NCBI GenBank assembly: GCA_036172245.1
Contig: JAYWIR010000008.1
Span: 3,844,001 to 3,908,000, forward strand
Length of the DNA: 64,000 nt
Direction: 5' to 3'
From: Raillietiella orientalis
Lineage: Eukaryota
The notes below the pieces were generated by a model, which made no database searches, was not told the DNA's origin, and saw only the letters and a list, made by a program, of their open reading frames with translations. Position numbers and translations under genes: made by a program. Shown here one piece after another: positions 1 through 13,381 of the stretch. Every line of letters starts with the position of its first letter. The stretch's first letter is position 1.

Positions 1-3000
1 GTCAAGACGCATCCTTTGGCCCCCGATGTTCGTTCGCTTTGCTTGCTTTCCTGCTCCCCCTCTTTCTTCGAATCCTCACATCCCTTTCTCCCGGACCTGC
101 TACACGTCGGACAGCTCTGCTCTCCCCGGTAGCTCACGTTTCGTGCAGGGGCTTGTCTCCTGCAGTGGGTGTTTATTCATGTTCTGACGAATCGGCGCCT
201 GTGGCTCCTGGGACGCCATTTCCTAGCAGCTCACTTCGTCCGCTGGTGTTCATCTCAAGCGGGCGGAAGGAACGCTGAAATGCGATCGCCAGGGACAGAA
301 ACCGCGAGGGTGAGGCCCGGGATCAGACCATACCGTTGAAGGGATTTCCGGAGGACCCACGGGGGGATGCGAACCCGAGAGAGAACCAGGTAGCCGGCCC
401 CGAGAACCGAGCTCAGCTCACGCCCCTTTCTGTTCTCCTTTGCAGGAAGTGGACGGCGTTTCGAGAGGCTTCCCTGCGTTGTGTGCAGCCCTTCCGCTTC
501 TTCCTGCACACAAACCTTCGCTAACCCCGCGGCGGATGACAGGGAGCTTCCATCCAGGTCCATTCGCAGCATTCGTGCTGCTTTGTTCTCATCAGGATGC
601 GAGCTCAAGCCTACTGCAGTCCGGAGGCCGCCCTTACTCTTGCGCTCCGATGACGTCAGTCCTCCTTTTCCGAGCCGGTGCTGCCGAGTTTACCGGTCGG
701 AGCCAGATGAGAGGCGCTCCTCCCACATCTGGAGGCGGGTGTGCCTTCGCGGTCGCCATCTGCAGCATCTCCCTCTGGCTGTCTCCGTGCGTCTCCGTGC
801 TGCCAGCAAGCTGATGCTGCTCTTTCCCGGCTCGCGGAGGAGCGCGTCCTCCATGGCGTCATTCCGATTTGCTCCCCTCGACGCAGGACCGAGGCAACCG
901 CTGCCGCCTTTCCACGGTATCCAGAAGCTTCCCAGATATCGCGAGTGGTCTCTCCGGGAAATCTCGGGATTGCCAGTTTCTCAAGGTCACCGGGGTCTCT
1001 CGATCGTGACGCGCCATCTGACCGCCGCTCGTCTCCGCTCTTGAGTTCGGCAGGGAGAGCGACGCACATCAGCAGCCGGAAGCGAGTGGATTGATTGATG
1101 GGGAGGCCCTTCTTGGGTTCGCCGTTTGGGAGGAAACCCCGTCTCCTAGCAACCGTTCCGTTGGCAGGCAGAGGGGCGAGTCCGCAGCCGTCGGGGCCGG
1201 AGGATGCGGGCGCGTGACGAAGGCATTGGGAGCCATCCCCGTGCTTGTGGGTTCTCGCATGCCGACCCCCGTTTCCGTGGAAGGACCTTCGGGACGCTCG
1301 CGGTGCTCTGATGGATTCACAGAGGCTGAAGGGTGGTGCGTCTAGGGACGCAGTCGCCCCACTGAGGGGATGCTTCCAGGTTCCTTCCCGGTGCATCGTC
1401 TCCTGCACGTCCCGAAGAGTCACGCAAGAGCTGTACTCCGCCCGCCTCGGAGCACGCGAGAAGGAAGAAGGGAAAAGCGTTCCGGAAGGAGGGGAACCAG
1501 TCGAGGACGGTACCCCAACACTAGGATCCCTTCCCCACCCCATCCCCTTCCCCCTTTTTTTTCAGCTTTTGAAGCCCACAGACAGATCCTTCCCGGACTC
1601 CTTCAGGACTCCCGAGGCGCAGGAAGACCGCTCTCCGCAGAGCGGCACCTTTCCTCTAACCGGGTCTACCAACGGTCGCTCCTGCGGGGGGCACTCGCCG
1701 TCTCTCCGAGCGCGTAAGACGGGAACGGAACCTCCGTCTGATGAAAAAAAGTTCTTGGCTTGTCTTCAAGGGCGAATCTGTCCTGCGGCCGCAGGACGCT
1801 GAAGGGCGCTCTGCAGCCCATCTGTAGCTCCCCGCAGAACACGACTGCATCAGCAACTGCCCTTCGCCCTCCGATGCCCCCCATCGTCCACTGCATTGTC
1901 CGCGAACGCAGTCTTCCACGGCAAGAATTGTCCGTGCTCACGGGGGAAAAGGGACCAGGGCGTCCCTTCTCCCCTACCCCCCAGGCTTCTCTGTGAGCCG
2001 CTCATCCCGGGTCACACTTGTGGTCAGATCTCCTTCCGCTTCCGCGACGGATCGGGCTGCCGCGAATCTACTCGGATTGACACCGCCTGCCTCTCGCCGT
2101 CCTCTGCTTTGCTCGCTGGCCACACTCTGCGTGGCTGGCACGAGGAAGTCTCCAGCTGCGTCTCCCTCTGGAAGCGGGACTGTCCTTCGATCCCCTGGCT
2201 ATTCCAGGATTCGAATGCTTTGAGCCCCCATCAGCAGCTGCTGTGAAGAGGCTGGAAGCGAGCAGCTGGAGAAGAGGTAGAGGGAGACGGAAATCCGAAG
2301 ATGAGGGGCAGGGCAGCGGAAGATGCTCTCATGGGTGCTGGCGAAATCCCTGCTCCTCCTCTTTTCCTCCTTTCTTCCTCCTCCTCTTTTCTTCCTCCTC
2401 CTTTTCCTTTCTTAGCTCCTTCCTTTTTCCTTTCTCTTTCCGTGCTCACGGGAGAGGGGAGGAGCAGTAACGCCTTCTGTCGTGCGCGACGCGCCTAAGG
2501 CGAGGTTGCCGTCGCCTCGCCATGCGGTTTCGTGGACGAAAGCGGCGCCACAACACCTCCTTGGAGGAGGCACAAACTCGCAGATGCCTTGGACCGAAGA
2601 CATTCAGTCCTCGGCAGAAAAAAGAAACAAACCGTGCTCCAGGAGCACTTGGAAGCGTCCTGCAAGAGGCGGGACAGGGGTTTCCCGGTTGCGAGCCGGG
2701 ATTCGCGGACCACGGCTGTCCATGGAAAGGTGTCGTCGTCCGTGATCATCAAAGACAAGGTTAGCGCTGTCCACCTGATCCTCATTTGCCTCTTTCTGGC
2801 AGGGGCTGGCGTGCTCGTGCCTCGGCCTCTGAAGAAGGCAGCTGGCTTCGATGGCCACGGACGACGATGCCTTTCCCTGTTCTAAAGTACAATTCTTTCG
2901 CTTTTACCTAGAATTTCATGGATGGGGACGTCTGAACACGCCCCTGGCTATGCAGCCGGGCACAACCTCGAAGTTCTGCGCGCGTTTGCACCGTGGACGG

Positions 3001-6000
3001 CTCAAAGCCACGATGAGCGATCGCACACTCGCTGATGGACCTTAAGTGGGGTAGACCAGTCCGCTGCTGTCGAGCCCAGTGTTTCAGACCCCGTGGTGTT
3101 CAGCCCGAGACCACCTCGGGCTAAATACTCTGCCCGGTTCAGCCTTCGTAGAACTGCAATGCTAAAGCTGACTCCGAAACTCAGGCAAACTCTTCATTAC
3201 TGACTCGCATGTCTCTGCACAATATGACACGAGAACATCGGAAGCATCCTCCTGCCCTCTCTTCCCTCTGCCATCATTGGTCTTCCGGTTCTCTATTTCA
3301 AGTGGATATGGATGCAGCCATTAAGACGACCAGGGCCACTGTTGAGAAAGCGAGCGAGAATCACTCTTTCTCTCATGGTCTTTGGTCTTTGCAGAATCAG
3401 TTTTTTCCAGCTGTGATCGTGGCATCTGGACCAAGTAGCCACTCTCTGGTTCAGAATAGACTTTGTACAGAGCCAAAGCTCACGCATGGGATGTAAATTC
3501 CTCCTCCTCTTCCTCCCTTTCTTCTTCTCCTCTTCCTCTCCCTCCTGTTCCTGCTCCGCACCCCTGCCAAATCAGTTTACGAGGCGCCGCCCCTCAAAAG
3601 TGCGCCACTGCAGACACTCTATTGGAACACCTGCTCTCGTCTGCAGTCGGGGGTGCGAGGCCACAGTGAAGGCCCCGTGCACCCAGTCGAGTGCTGCAAA
3701 TGCGAGAAGAGAATGATCGGATGAAACACCGGATGGAAGATGATCCCGACGGCCCTTCATGAGACTCGCTTGGCTGGATGAGGAGATCTGAGCATGCCAG
3801 GAGATTCCGCTCCCTGCCTCTTCTCATCTCGACTTCTGCATCTTCTGCTCTCCAAGACACGCTGTGGCTTGGTGAATTGCTGCGATTTCGTTCGATAGAA
3901 GGTATCTCCACAAGGAGGGGAGGTTAGTGGTCCGAAATGCCCCACCGCGGGCTCGGTGGTGCTTCCTTGACCACCGTTCCCCGAAGAGCTCCCCGAAGGG
4001 GGCCGACTCTTCCGCGAGAGCACCCCTCAGTGGGAGATCAAGGAAGAGAGGCTTCTCTTCCCTGGAGCAACTCCTCCTCCGGACCTCTCCCGAATAATCT
4101 TCCCGATAGGATGCGGGAGAGCGACGTGGGGGTCCCAGGTCCAAAGGCAGGCATTGCGGGCCGCTTCCGGAACTTCAGTGAGAGCTGCTCTGCTCCCGAA
4201 TTTATGATCCCCTCTCCTGGGAGCAAGTTCCTCTTCCTGCAAATCCGGGAGAGCCCCAGACCGAGCAAGTGTGGGAGGAGAAGAGGACGAAAATCCATTG
4301 CTTGCAACACAATCAGGAGAAGAGAGTTTTCCATCTTCTTCTTCCCCCGTTCCTTCCGGATCCGCAGCGATTGCGGTTTCGATTGGCACATTAAAGGAGT
4401 CTTCGCAAATGGCGGTCCATTCGCAGCTTCGAGGGGGAGGGGGAAGAAGAAGGGAAGAAGAGGATGAGTTGCGCTTCCAGGGCGTTCCTCCTCCTCTTCT
4501 GCTCCGCGCCAGATGTCAAATTTTCTCCCCTGTCCTCCGGAGTGGAGCATCTACCCCTTCCCTCCCTTCCGGATAGGTAACACCGTCCTTTTCTGGAGTT
4601 CTCCAGGCTGGAAGAATGGGATCAGAGAAAGGACGGCGGAGGGGAAGGACCCAGGGCTGTGGCCGCACCTCCGGGCGCAAAGCAGCGTGCTGCGGCTTTG
4701 GAGCTGCTGCGGACGCCATCTCGGAGGGAGCGCGCTGTACAGCTCTGAAGACGGCGAGGCGACTGGGACGAGAGGCCGAGGGGGGAGGAGGAGTGAAATT
4801 CCCTGGGCGGAGATCCCCACCTGCGAGCGGGACGTCCTAATGTCCTCCTCGGGAAACGCGTGCCAGCCAGCTCACAAAGTTCAGAACCGTTCCTCCCCTC
4901 CCTTTTCCTTCCTTGGAATGCGACCCTGGTAGCGCCGCTAACTGCGTGCTGCGCGCCCTCTGGTGGCCACGTCCGCTTGCCGTCCTCTCCACAGAGCGGG
5001 CGAGCCAGACGGAAAGGGTCAGCTCCCGCATGTCTCGACGTCTCGGCAGAGATTCCGTCCCGGAGCCCCCCCACCGCTCTCAATCCGGAGCTCCACGGGG
5101 CGCTCTGCTGAGTTCCTGGCGGCGTCTTTCCCCGCCTCACTGGCGCCCTCTCGTTGCACCGCTCGTTACGGATCCATGCGGGTGTGGCTCTCTCCGCCGC
5201 GCAGGGAGGTTCCTCGGAATCCTCAGCTGCGCCCCACACAAAGAGGCCGACGACGAAAGAGGTGTCCCCAGGCAGTCAAGCGCTTCCACCTACATGCTCC
5301 TCCTCGCCGCCCAGTCCAGGAGCCGAAGCCGGTTGCCACCCTCTCCGTTCGCTCGAAGCCCGAGCCACCATGCGGAACGAGGAGGACGAAACTCCGGAGG
5401 TTGCCAGGAGCAGACTGGCCCGAAGCCTTGACCCCAAGTTCACCGGAACGCGAGTTCGTCGTCCGGGTGATTCCGCCCACTCTTTCCTTCCTCCCCCAGT
5501 CTTTAGCAGCGTGGGAAAGAAGTCAGTCTCAGGTTCGCGTGCACGTGGCACACGCTTGTAGAAGAGTGCTCCATCTTCCAGGAAGTAAAGAGACTTCCAC
5601 ACTCTCCCACTGCACCACAAAGTAGGAAGAAGGGGGGGGAGGAAGGGAGAAGATAGAAGAAGAAGGGAGGAGAAGTAAGGTAAGAAGAGGAGGAGGAGAA
5701 CCGTAAGGTACTCCCAGGGTGATACCCGGAACCCCATGCCGTGACTCTCCAAAGCATCGATCGCCTCGCTTGGAAGGGACTTCGGGATGGCAAAGTTTTT
5801 TCACAGCCACCGCTCGTCTCTTTGGCGGAAACCTATATCAAAGAGCGGTCCGCGTTCCAGAAGATGCGGCGATGTCAACTTTGGGTCCCCCGCCCTGATC
5901 CCTACCAGCCTTCTATCTCTCCGTTCGAGCGGTCCTCTTTTCTTCCTTCTCTCTTCCTCCTCCTCCTCTTCCTTTCCTCACTTCCTCCTCTTTTCTGCAT

Positions 6001-8723
6001 TCTCCCCGTTCTTATCGTTTAGCAGAGGGCAGCAGCAGAGATCTGGTAGGACGAAGCCAGACGCTCCGCACGAGTCGTTCCGGATTGACAGTCAGCGGTC
6101 GGAGACGAACGCTCAGGCTTTCCAGCGCGGTAGACCGAGACGGGCTAAGAGGTCAGCGGGAAGCAACGTCGAGACCAAGCCGAGAGCTGAGGAACCTTTC
6201 CGTAGATGATGCTGTCGCTTCGGGCAAGAGCGCACGCTCAGGAGCGTCCGTCCACGAATCCGCCGCGCGCACGGCTCGGCGTCCTCTGCTCTTCAGGCAT
6301 CCCCCGTAGTGTCCTATCCGATCAAAAGAGGGCGCCTTGGGTGGGAACGAGACGTTTTCCGGGATTTCTGCGGGCGTCCGAATGCCGCTAAGCGGCTCCC
6401 AACGAAGATGCGAGTCATTCGCTGACGACGACAGGCGACCTCCCTGTTACAGAGGAACGCTCGGATTTTTTCGGACGGTCATCAAGCGGGAGAGGAGGGA
6501 GAGAGGCCTTCCTCTCAGCGGCAAACCGCCGGGTTTCTTCATGCTCTTCCTCTTCGTGTCCCCTGGGTCATGACGTCATCCTCCTTTTGGCAGCAGAGAC
6601 GGTGGCTCCTCCGTCCTCGCAGTGGAGACGGAAGCGTTCCTGTTCTATTCAGAATCCGATGTTCGTTTTCTCCTGTCTACAGTTCTGTCCTCCTATCTAC
6701 AGTCTACAGTTCGCTCCTCCGAGTCCACCTGAGGAAGACTCAGCGGACTTGCAGGTCGCGAGCCATTGGCGGCCTCTCTCGGAGCCTTCCCGCTGGACCG
6801 CTCAAGGGAGGAGCGCTCTCCAAGAGGAGCATCTGACTCGCCTCAGAGGATGGCCGGCTCGTGCCTTGCTCTGTGGTTGCAGCCTCTGGAGCAGATGAAC
6901 AGCGCATGATGACGTGGACGAGTTGTCGACGTGGAAGTGTCGCCGAGGTGCGGAGGCGGCACCACTGCCACGCCAGAGAGCGCGCCGACCTGTGTGGAGA
7001 CCCGTCGTGACACTCCCGCACCTCCTGGAAGACAGCTTGCGGTGGCGCTCCCTCTCCAGGAACACACATGTCGACCCGGACGAGGTTGTCCCGAACCTTA
7101 GCATTCCCGGAGGAGACCTCAGACCGCTCGCTTCCCTTCCGCGGGGATGGGAAAAAGAAAAGGCAAGCCCAGGAGACCGGTGACTTTACAGAGAGGCGTC
7201 CACGTTCCGTCCTCCGGGATTCCTTCGTTTCTGCGGGAGCGTGACTGCTGGCCGACGTTCCCAGATGGCTCCCAGCCAGCCCGAAAAGCATGCTTGAAAA
7301 CCTTTTGGGACCGGAGGGAGGAGGCGAGGGGGGAAGCGAGCGCGCAGAATGGCCCGTGTCCTATCTTCGCACTCACTCCAGGAGGGAGCGGATGGAGAAC
7401 GGACAACCTCTCCTGGTCTCCAAGGATGCAGGAAGAAGATGATTTATGGGACGCTTCTTCTTCGCTCTTGCCAGAGCCCAGAGATGGCATCACTTCTCGC
7501 TCTTGGTTCTCGTGTCGAGGAGACCTTACCTTTCGACCCTGATCTTCCGTTCACGTCAGGAACGGCTCGTCCACTTTGAAGGCTGGAGTTCCGTCCTCCC
7601 TGGGGATTGTTTGTCATTTCGTTCCACGCCCTGCTTGTCCATCTCGTGCGCCGCTCATCTGTCTGCTCCACAAGCTCATCATTCATCCACTTCAGTCTCC
7701 GCTACTCGTACACTTCGGGCACCGCTCGTCCGCCTTATGGTCTCATGTGCATCCACCGATCCTGAGGTGGCTTTTCGTGCGCGCCCTCCGCGCTGATCTC
7801 TGATGGAACGATTGGACAGAGAGCGACCTCTCGCAGAGGTGACGAGCCGGAAATGACCCAGAAGGAGGCAGTGGTGGTCGTGGAATCAGAGAGGCTGAGG
7901 ACTGGCGAGCCGGCGGTGATCGCGAACGCCTCTGGCAAGTGACTGACGCCTTCGGATGCGGAAGCGGCGCAGAGTCTTTCGACTTCAGACCCTCCGTTCC
8001 ACAAGGGGTCACCCCGACATGTCTCCCCTCGAGGAAGAGGATTCCAACAGCAGCCAAGGTCTCTCCGTGGAGATCGCCGGAAGATCCCCGGACCGAGACG
8101 AAGAATAAGAAGGACGAATGAAGTCGGAGAGGGGAAGAAGCAGCTCTGAGCAAGGAGTCATCGAGCCGCGCGCAGGATGAGGCAGCTCGAGGTATCTCTT
8201 CTGGCAGGTGGAGACCCTCTCTTCCGGGGGGCAAATGAGGTAGGGGTTGGTAGGGGAATCGGGAACTGCAGCGGAGGAGACTCGGAACGGCACCTCTGTC
8301 TCCGCTCCCGGAAGTATCTCGGGGGTTCGCGCAAGCGTCGCGTCTTCCTCCTTTCATCGGCGCCAGCACACAAAGTGCCAGGGATCCATTCCCTCGGTCC
8401 CGTTCGACAAGCAGGAGGAGCCATCCCGGATGCTCATCCGCCCTCCGATTCGGATGCACTTCTGCTGAGGAAGGAGAAGCGAGGAGCATCCGACTGCTCC
8501 CTGGGTCGTGGCGCCTCGTTAACTACCACTCCGCCTCCCCAGACAAACCCCTCCCTCCCACCCCCTCCTCGAGCTTATTAGATTTCCTCCCGGCCAGAAC
8601 CAGAAACAGATTTCACCTCTTTGGGATAATTTACATCCGTTCGGGCTGCTGTGATCAGGACCTCACGCCAGAATTAAACGGGGCATTTGCATATTCGCCC
8701 GCTCGCTCCCGCTACCATCCAGT

Positions 8724-9034
8724 CAGGGATCAAAAAGGACTCTCCTCTCCCTCCCCCTCCTCCTCCACTTTCTTTTCCTTTCTTCCTACTCCTTCCTTCC
8801 TCCACTTCTCTTCTCGGAGGAAGAAGAGGAGGAGGAAAAAGAAGGGAGAGGAAGGAGAGGAGGAAGTATGGAAGAGGAGGAGGAAGAGGAGCTAGGAGAA
8901 GAAAGAAGGGAGAGGAATGAGAGGAAAGGGGAGGAGAAAGTATGAAGGAGTAGGGGGAAGAAGGGAGTAGGAAGAGAGGAAGAGGAAGGGAAGGAAAGAA
9001 GAGGAGGAGGGAGGAGAGTCCTTCTTGATCTCTG
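8724..9034. repeat. Fold-back / MITE-like element: 24-bp terminal inverted repeats enclosing a CT-rich then a GA-rich tract
   Basis: cagggatcaaaaaggactctcctc (8724-8747) versus the reverse complement of 9011-9034, cagagatcaagaaggactctcctc (22/24). Flanks are ccagt and ccaga. Confidence 0.65.
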
Positions 9035-9409
9035 CCAGAAAATGCAGAAGGCACACGGGAATCACCGGCGACCCTGCTCTCCTGACCCTCCCATGGCACC
9101 CGACATTCTTGCGTTCACCTCCGAAGGTGCACCTCCCTCTCCAACTGCACTGCGGACCCCTGTGAGCCAGCGACCCTCCTTGAACCGTGGGGCTCGAGTA
9201 GGCATCAGTTCCAGTTTGTTGCCTGCCTCGCTTCATTGCTGCTCACCTTTGATGGCTCTGATCTTCTCATCACAAACGAAATTTAGCCACCGGGAAGGGT
9301 CAGCCCACCAAACCCAAGGCGGAATGGATGACCCCTCACTGGAGTCGGAACTGAAGGGACTGGGAAATGAGTAAAGAGGGGCGAAAGGCAAATCGCTGTA
9401 AATGGCCGA

Positions 9410-10060
9410 GATGAATCGACCCCTTGGAACGCAGCACGATTCCCGTAGACCTGCGTAGGGCAGGGAAGGAAGGGGGGGGGCAGGGGCGTGCAGCCCAGTC
9501 GGGACAGTCCGAACGCGGCAGCCCCTAGAGTCCCTTCCCCGTGCCGCGCGTTCCACACTCGGCCCGCCGGCCGCCTCCCCTTCCCAGCAGGCGGCGGCCT
9601 GCCGATGGGCCACGGGACGGACGTGGCTCCCTGCGACGACAGCCGCGCCCGTCCTTCCCGTGCTGGAGGTCACCGCTGCTATCCCTTCGAGCACGATCCG
9701 CGAGGCACCCTGCCCGCCTAAGGAAGGAGCGCAGTGCTCCCTGCGAGCCGCCCCCGTCCCTGGCTCGGCCTCCGGCGGTGCGTGCCGGGATGCGGACTTC
9801 CCGTCGCTCCCTTGGGGTTCCTCCCTGCCCAGGCTTGGAGACGCTCCGCGCCTCCCTCGGACGACCCCGGCGAGTGATGGCGGTCTGCCGGTGCCGAAGA
9901 GGAAGGGTGCGGGCGCGGACCGTCCCGGAGGTCCGCGGACCCCGGCGTTTTCTCGGGGGACTGCCGGAAGGAGACGTGACCAACCCTTGGTGGGCCCTGG
10001 GGGAGGTCTTCGGGTGTGACCCCGCTCTCGGCCGCCTCCGCGAGCCGGCAGTAGCATCCC
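9410..10060 (+). repeat. GC-rich dispersed repeat of unknown class, copy 1
   Basis: Aligns with the reverse complement of 37880-38597. Long identical stretches include gaacgcggcagcccctagagtcccttccccgtgccgcgcgttccacactcggcccgccggcc and cccttcgagcacgatccgcgaggcaccctgcccgcctaaggaaggagcgcagtgctccctgcgagccgcccccgtccctggctcggc. Confidence 0.92.
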
Positions 10061-13000
10061 CCTCGCCCTCTGGATCAAGTGGCGTCTTTCCGAGAGACCG
10101 GAGGCGGCGAGTGGAGCCACTCTGCGGCCTTCCTATCGGAAAGGCTCTCGAAGGACGCGGACCTTTCAAGATGAAGGGCGACCGCTGGCACGGGGCGGCG
10201 ACGAAAAGATCTTCGGAGAGCGAAGGGGGTAGAGCGTTGGCTCACTCCGGGGAGTCTGCCCCCCCCCATCCGGGGAACGGAAGGAGAGAAAACATCCGCC
10301 GCTGCGACGGCGTCGTGCAGAATCCGCACGATGATTCGCACGTGCCACTGCCGAAGGCGCGGAGGCGTCCCGTAGCGCGGCACCCAAGAAGGGCAGATGG
10401 AGCTCAGGTTCGCGCGCCATCTGCCCTCGGGGAGTTGCACGGAGGGGAATCCCGGCTCACATGGGAGGGCGTGCCCCTTGCGCGCCTCTGCGGGCGAAGC
10501 AGTCTTTCCAAGGTAACCGTGCCGGGTTTTCTCCTGCTGGCCGCTCCGGTCCCGATCCAGAGGAGCCCAGAGCAGCCCGCGCTGGTCCTTCGCCCTCGGA
10601 GGGGGGCGGGGTTTGTTCAAGGAACCCCGGACCGAACTTGCCTCAGCCGCGCGGTGCGCACCCGGAGTCTGGCTCCGACCAGACTTCGACTCCTCACAAG
10701 GCCCCCGCCGCTGGTGCCCCGGTCGCGACGGCAACCCGGACGGTTCCCCGGAGGCGTGTTCCGAGAGCAGCCCCCTCCTCCCACTCGCCCTGCTGAATCC
10801 ACCCGCCCGCAGCGCCCTCTCCCCAGTTCGAAACCCTACGACCGAGTAGCCGGTCCGCGGGACGGCGTCAGGGTCCCGCGCGTTGTGACGTCAGCGGACA
10901 GGCGGCCGATTGTTGGACGACAGCAAAATCGATAGCGGCCTCGCTCCTATCCCCCTCCTCCCATCAGAAAAGAAGAAAAGAAAAAAGAAAACGGGATTTT
11001 TTATTTTTTTTCTACGGGCAGTGGCGCCACGTGTGCCGGAAACTTCGCGGGATTCCGGTCACGTGTTCGATGCAGACGGATGGCATCTACGGATTATCCG
11101 TAGATGCCATTTGCTTCCGCTACCAGACTCTCGGACCAGGAGAGAGATGGCGAGCGCTTCGCCAAGAGGACTTTCCCAAGGGCTCTCCGCTCCGGCGGAG
11201 GGCAGGAAAGGGCGAGCGGCCCCCGTGGCACGGGAAACTCCCGCTCTGAGCAGCCGAAGACGAGCCTCCCGGGGCGCCTGCACGCACGCCAAGGCTTCCT
11301 GCTGGCTGCCTAACGACCGCGAACTTTCCCAAATGGCATTAAGAAAGGGGAGGGATTCCGCGGAAGAGGTTCCCGGAATTCCTTCATCCGGAGGGGAAGA
11401 ATAGTCTCTGCAGGAAGAGGAAGTGGTCCTCGCGGTGACGAGAGGGCAGCGAGGTCACCGGCCGGGAACTAGGTTCATCCCCGTCCTAGCATCGGGAGGG
11501 ATCCGCGCGGAGCGGCGAGGGAGAGGCGGAGACGTGGCGCTGCGCGCGAGCCCTACAATGGAACCGACCCTCCCCTCCCCCACGTGGAATGGGATGGGAA
11601 GACGAACGCGCGGGTCCCCAGAGCCGCTCTTATGGCTTCTGGAAGAGATCTTCCGGGAGGGGAAGACGTGCCCTCGCCTCCCTCGCTCGAGGGAGAGGGA
11701 AGGAGAGATTCTTGAGGATGCCGTCACGGGTCTCAGCAGGGAGGAGAAAGGCCGGGAGGCGCGCGCCAATAAGCTCTCCTGCCCTGCAGAGTGGTCAGTA
11801 AGGGTCGCCTCACGCGTTTCCTGGGCAGGGAGTCCCAGTCTTCCCCACACCCCACCCCACGCGTGGGCGCATTCGGGTTGCCCCCGTTAAGCGTCCTCTT
11901 ACAAGATGGAGGGTGATCCCTGGCACGAGGCGGCGATGGAAAGATCTGCGGAGGTCAGAGGGGGGAGGGGCAAGAGCAGACTCAAAGACCCTCCATCTTG
12001 AAAAACGGCCAGATAAATGGTGTGCGCCCGCGTTTTGGATGATCCAGGCGGGACCTCGGACTCAACCGTCGCTCCTCTCCCTCCTCCCTTTTTCCTCCTC
12101 CTCCTTTCCTCTGAGGCTCTTGCTCTCCTTGCAGACAGAGGATGAGGAGATTCTCATCTTCCCTCTGAGCATCAGAGGGAAGATGCGACTGAGAGGACTG
12201 CTCGACACAGCCGTTGCTCACCTCGGCGAACGAGGGGCGATCCGTGTTGACCTCAGTCTTGGCCGGCGGCGATGGGAAGGGGCTGCTCCTCCGGCGCCAT
12301 TGCAGACAGACCGACGGGTCACGGTTGTTCCGGGTCTTCCGAATGCACAGACCTCTGACGACGGGTCAGACGGGTCCCAACTCCGGACCGCGATCGGGAA
12401 GAAACCCTTGTTCCGGGAGATAGAACGCGGAAGACGCCGGGTTGCACCCAGTGGATGCTGGGCTCCGCGAAAGAACCGCCTCGAGCCTCCTAGTCTCTTC
12501 CCGCTCAGCTCTTCGCGACCGCGTCCATTCCGGGATCTGTCCCTTCAGCATTTCCATTTGGCCTGCCCTTCGCAGTCTCTTGGAGGCACCCACCCACTCC
12601 CACGAACGCCCTCTTGGGAAAAGAGCGAGACGGTCGGCAGGGGGGGCCGTGAAGCGAGTAGCAGTCAGCCGGTAGGATGGACTCTGCAATGGGCACTGGC
12701 TGGAGCGAGGAAGACGATGAGGAGCACGATCCGGTCGGACCGAAGACTCGTGGGCCTCGACGTGGATCGCGGGCAGTGTCCGTGCGCCCCGGCGAGCGCA
12801 CCCAGACCACAGCGTTATCTCCTCCTCCCCCCTGGTCTTCACGCCCGCCGTCCTAAGCGACGGACGGGCCGAGGACTTACCGAGCGCCTCGGGAGAGACG
12901 GACTGGAAAAGTGGATGCTCCGAGGGGATGCAGCTTCCAGGACCACCCGCTTGTTCTCGAGCAGCACGCGGGAGGAGCAGGGTTCCCTCCTTCTCCCGGG

Positions 13001-13381
13001 GGGCGGAAGGCGAACCGACCAGCGATGCATCGGAGGTCTGCCGCGAAACCTATCGGACAAGCGGAGAAGGCACGCGCATCCGACCGGAAAGGCGGCTCTT
13101 CCTCCCGGAAGGCGCAGGAGGAGAGGGAGACGCAGCACGGAGAACAACAACCGCCAGACGAGCTCTCCTCCAGAACCCTCCGCTGGACCAGACGAGAAAG
13201 CCCGGATCGCCTCAGGCGCCGGAAGTCGAAAAAAATGACAGCACAGTCGAACCTCTCCCACTCACCGGCGAGGCGAAGGGGCGGAAGCTCCGCAACGAAT
13301 TCATCCGGAGGGGAAGGGGGGAAGGAGGAGAGGGAAGAATTCCAATCCTCCTCCTTTTTTTTCCCCCCCTCGAAGATGATG

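Noticed and set aside
355..385. Third tRNA-like head on the minus strand (gggttcgcatccc)
   Set aside because: Imperfect B-box, no A-box and no convincing body homology.
4180..4300. Minus-strand DFRPLLL...LSRICRKR...GII...EQ resembling an RT 'RPISL' motif
   Set aside because: Similarity is weak and the flanking RT motifs (PGPDG, D..KAFD) are not visible.
9541..13238. 464-aa and 441-aa plus-strand ORFs
   Set aside because: Same GC-driven stop-codon scarcity. The first overlaps a dispersed repeat and neither has motifs.
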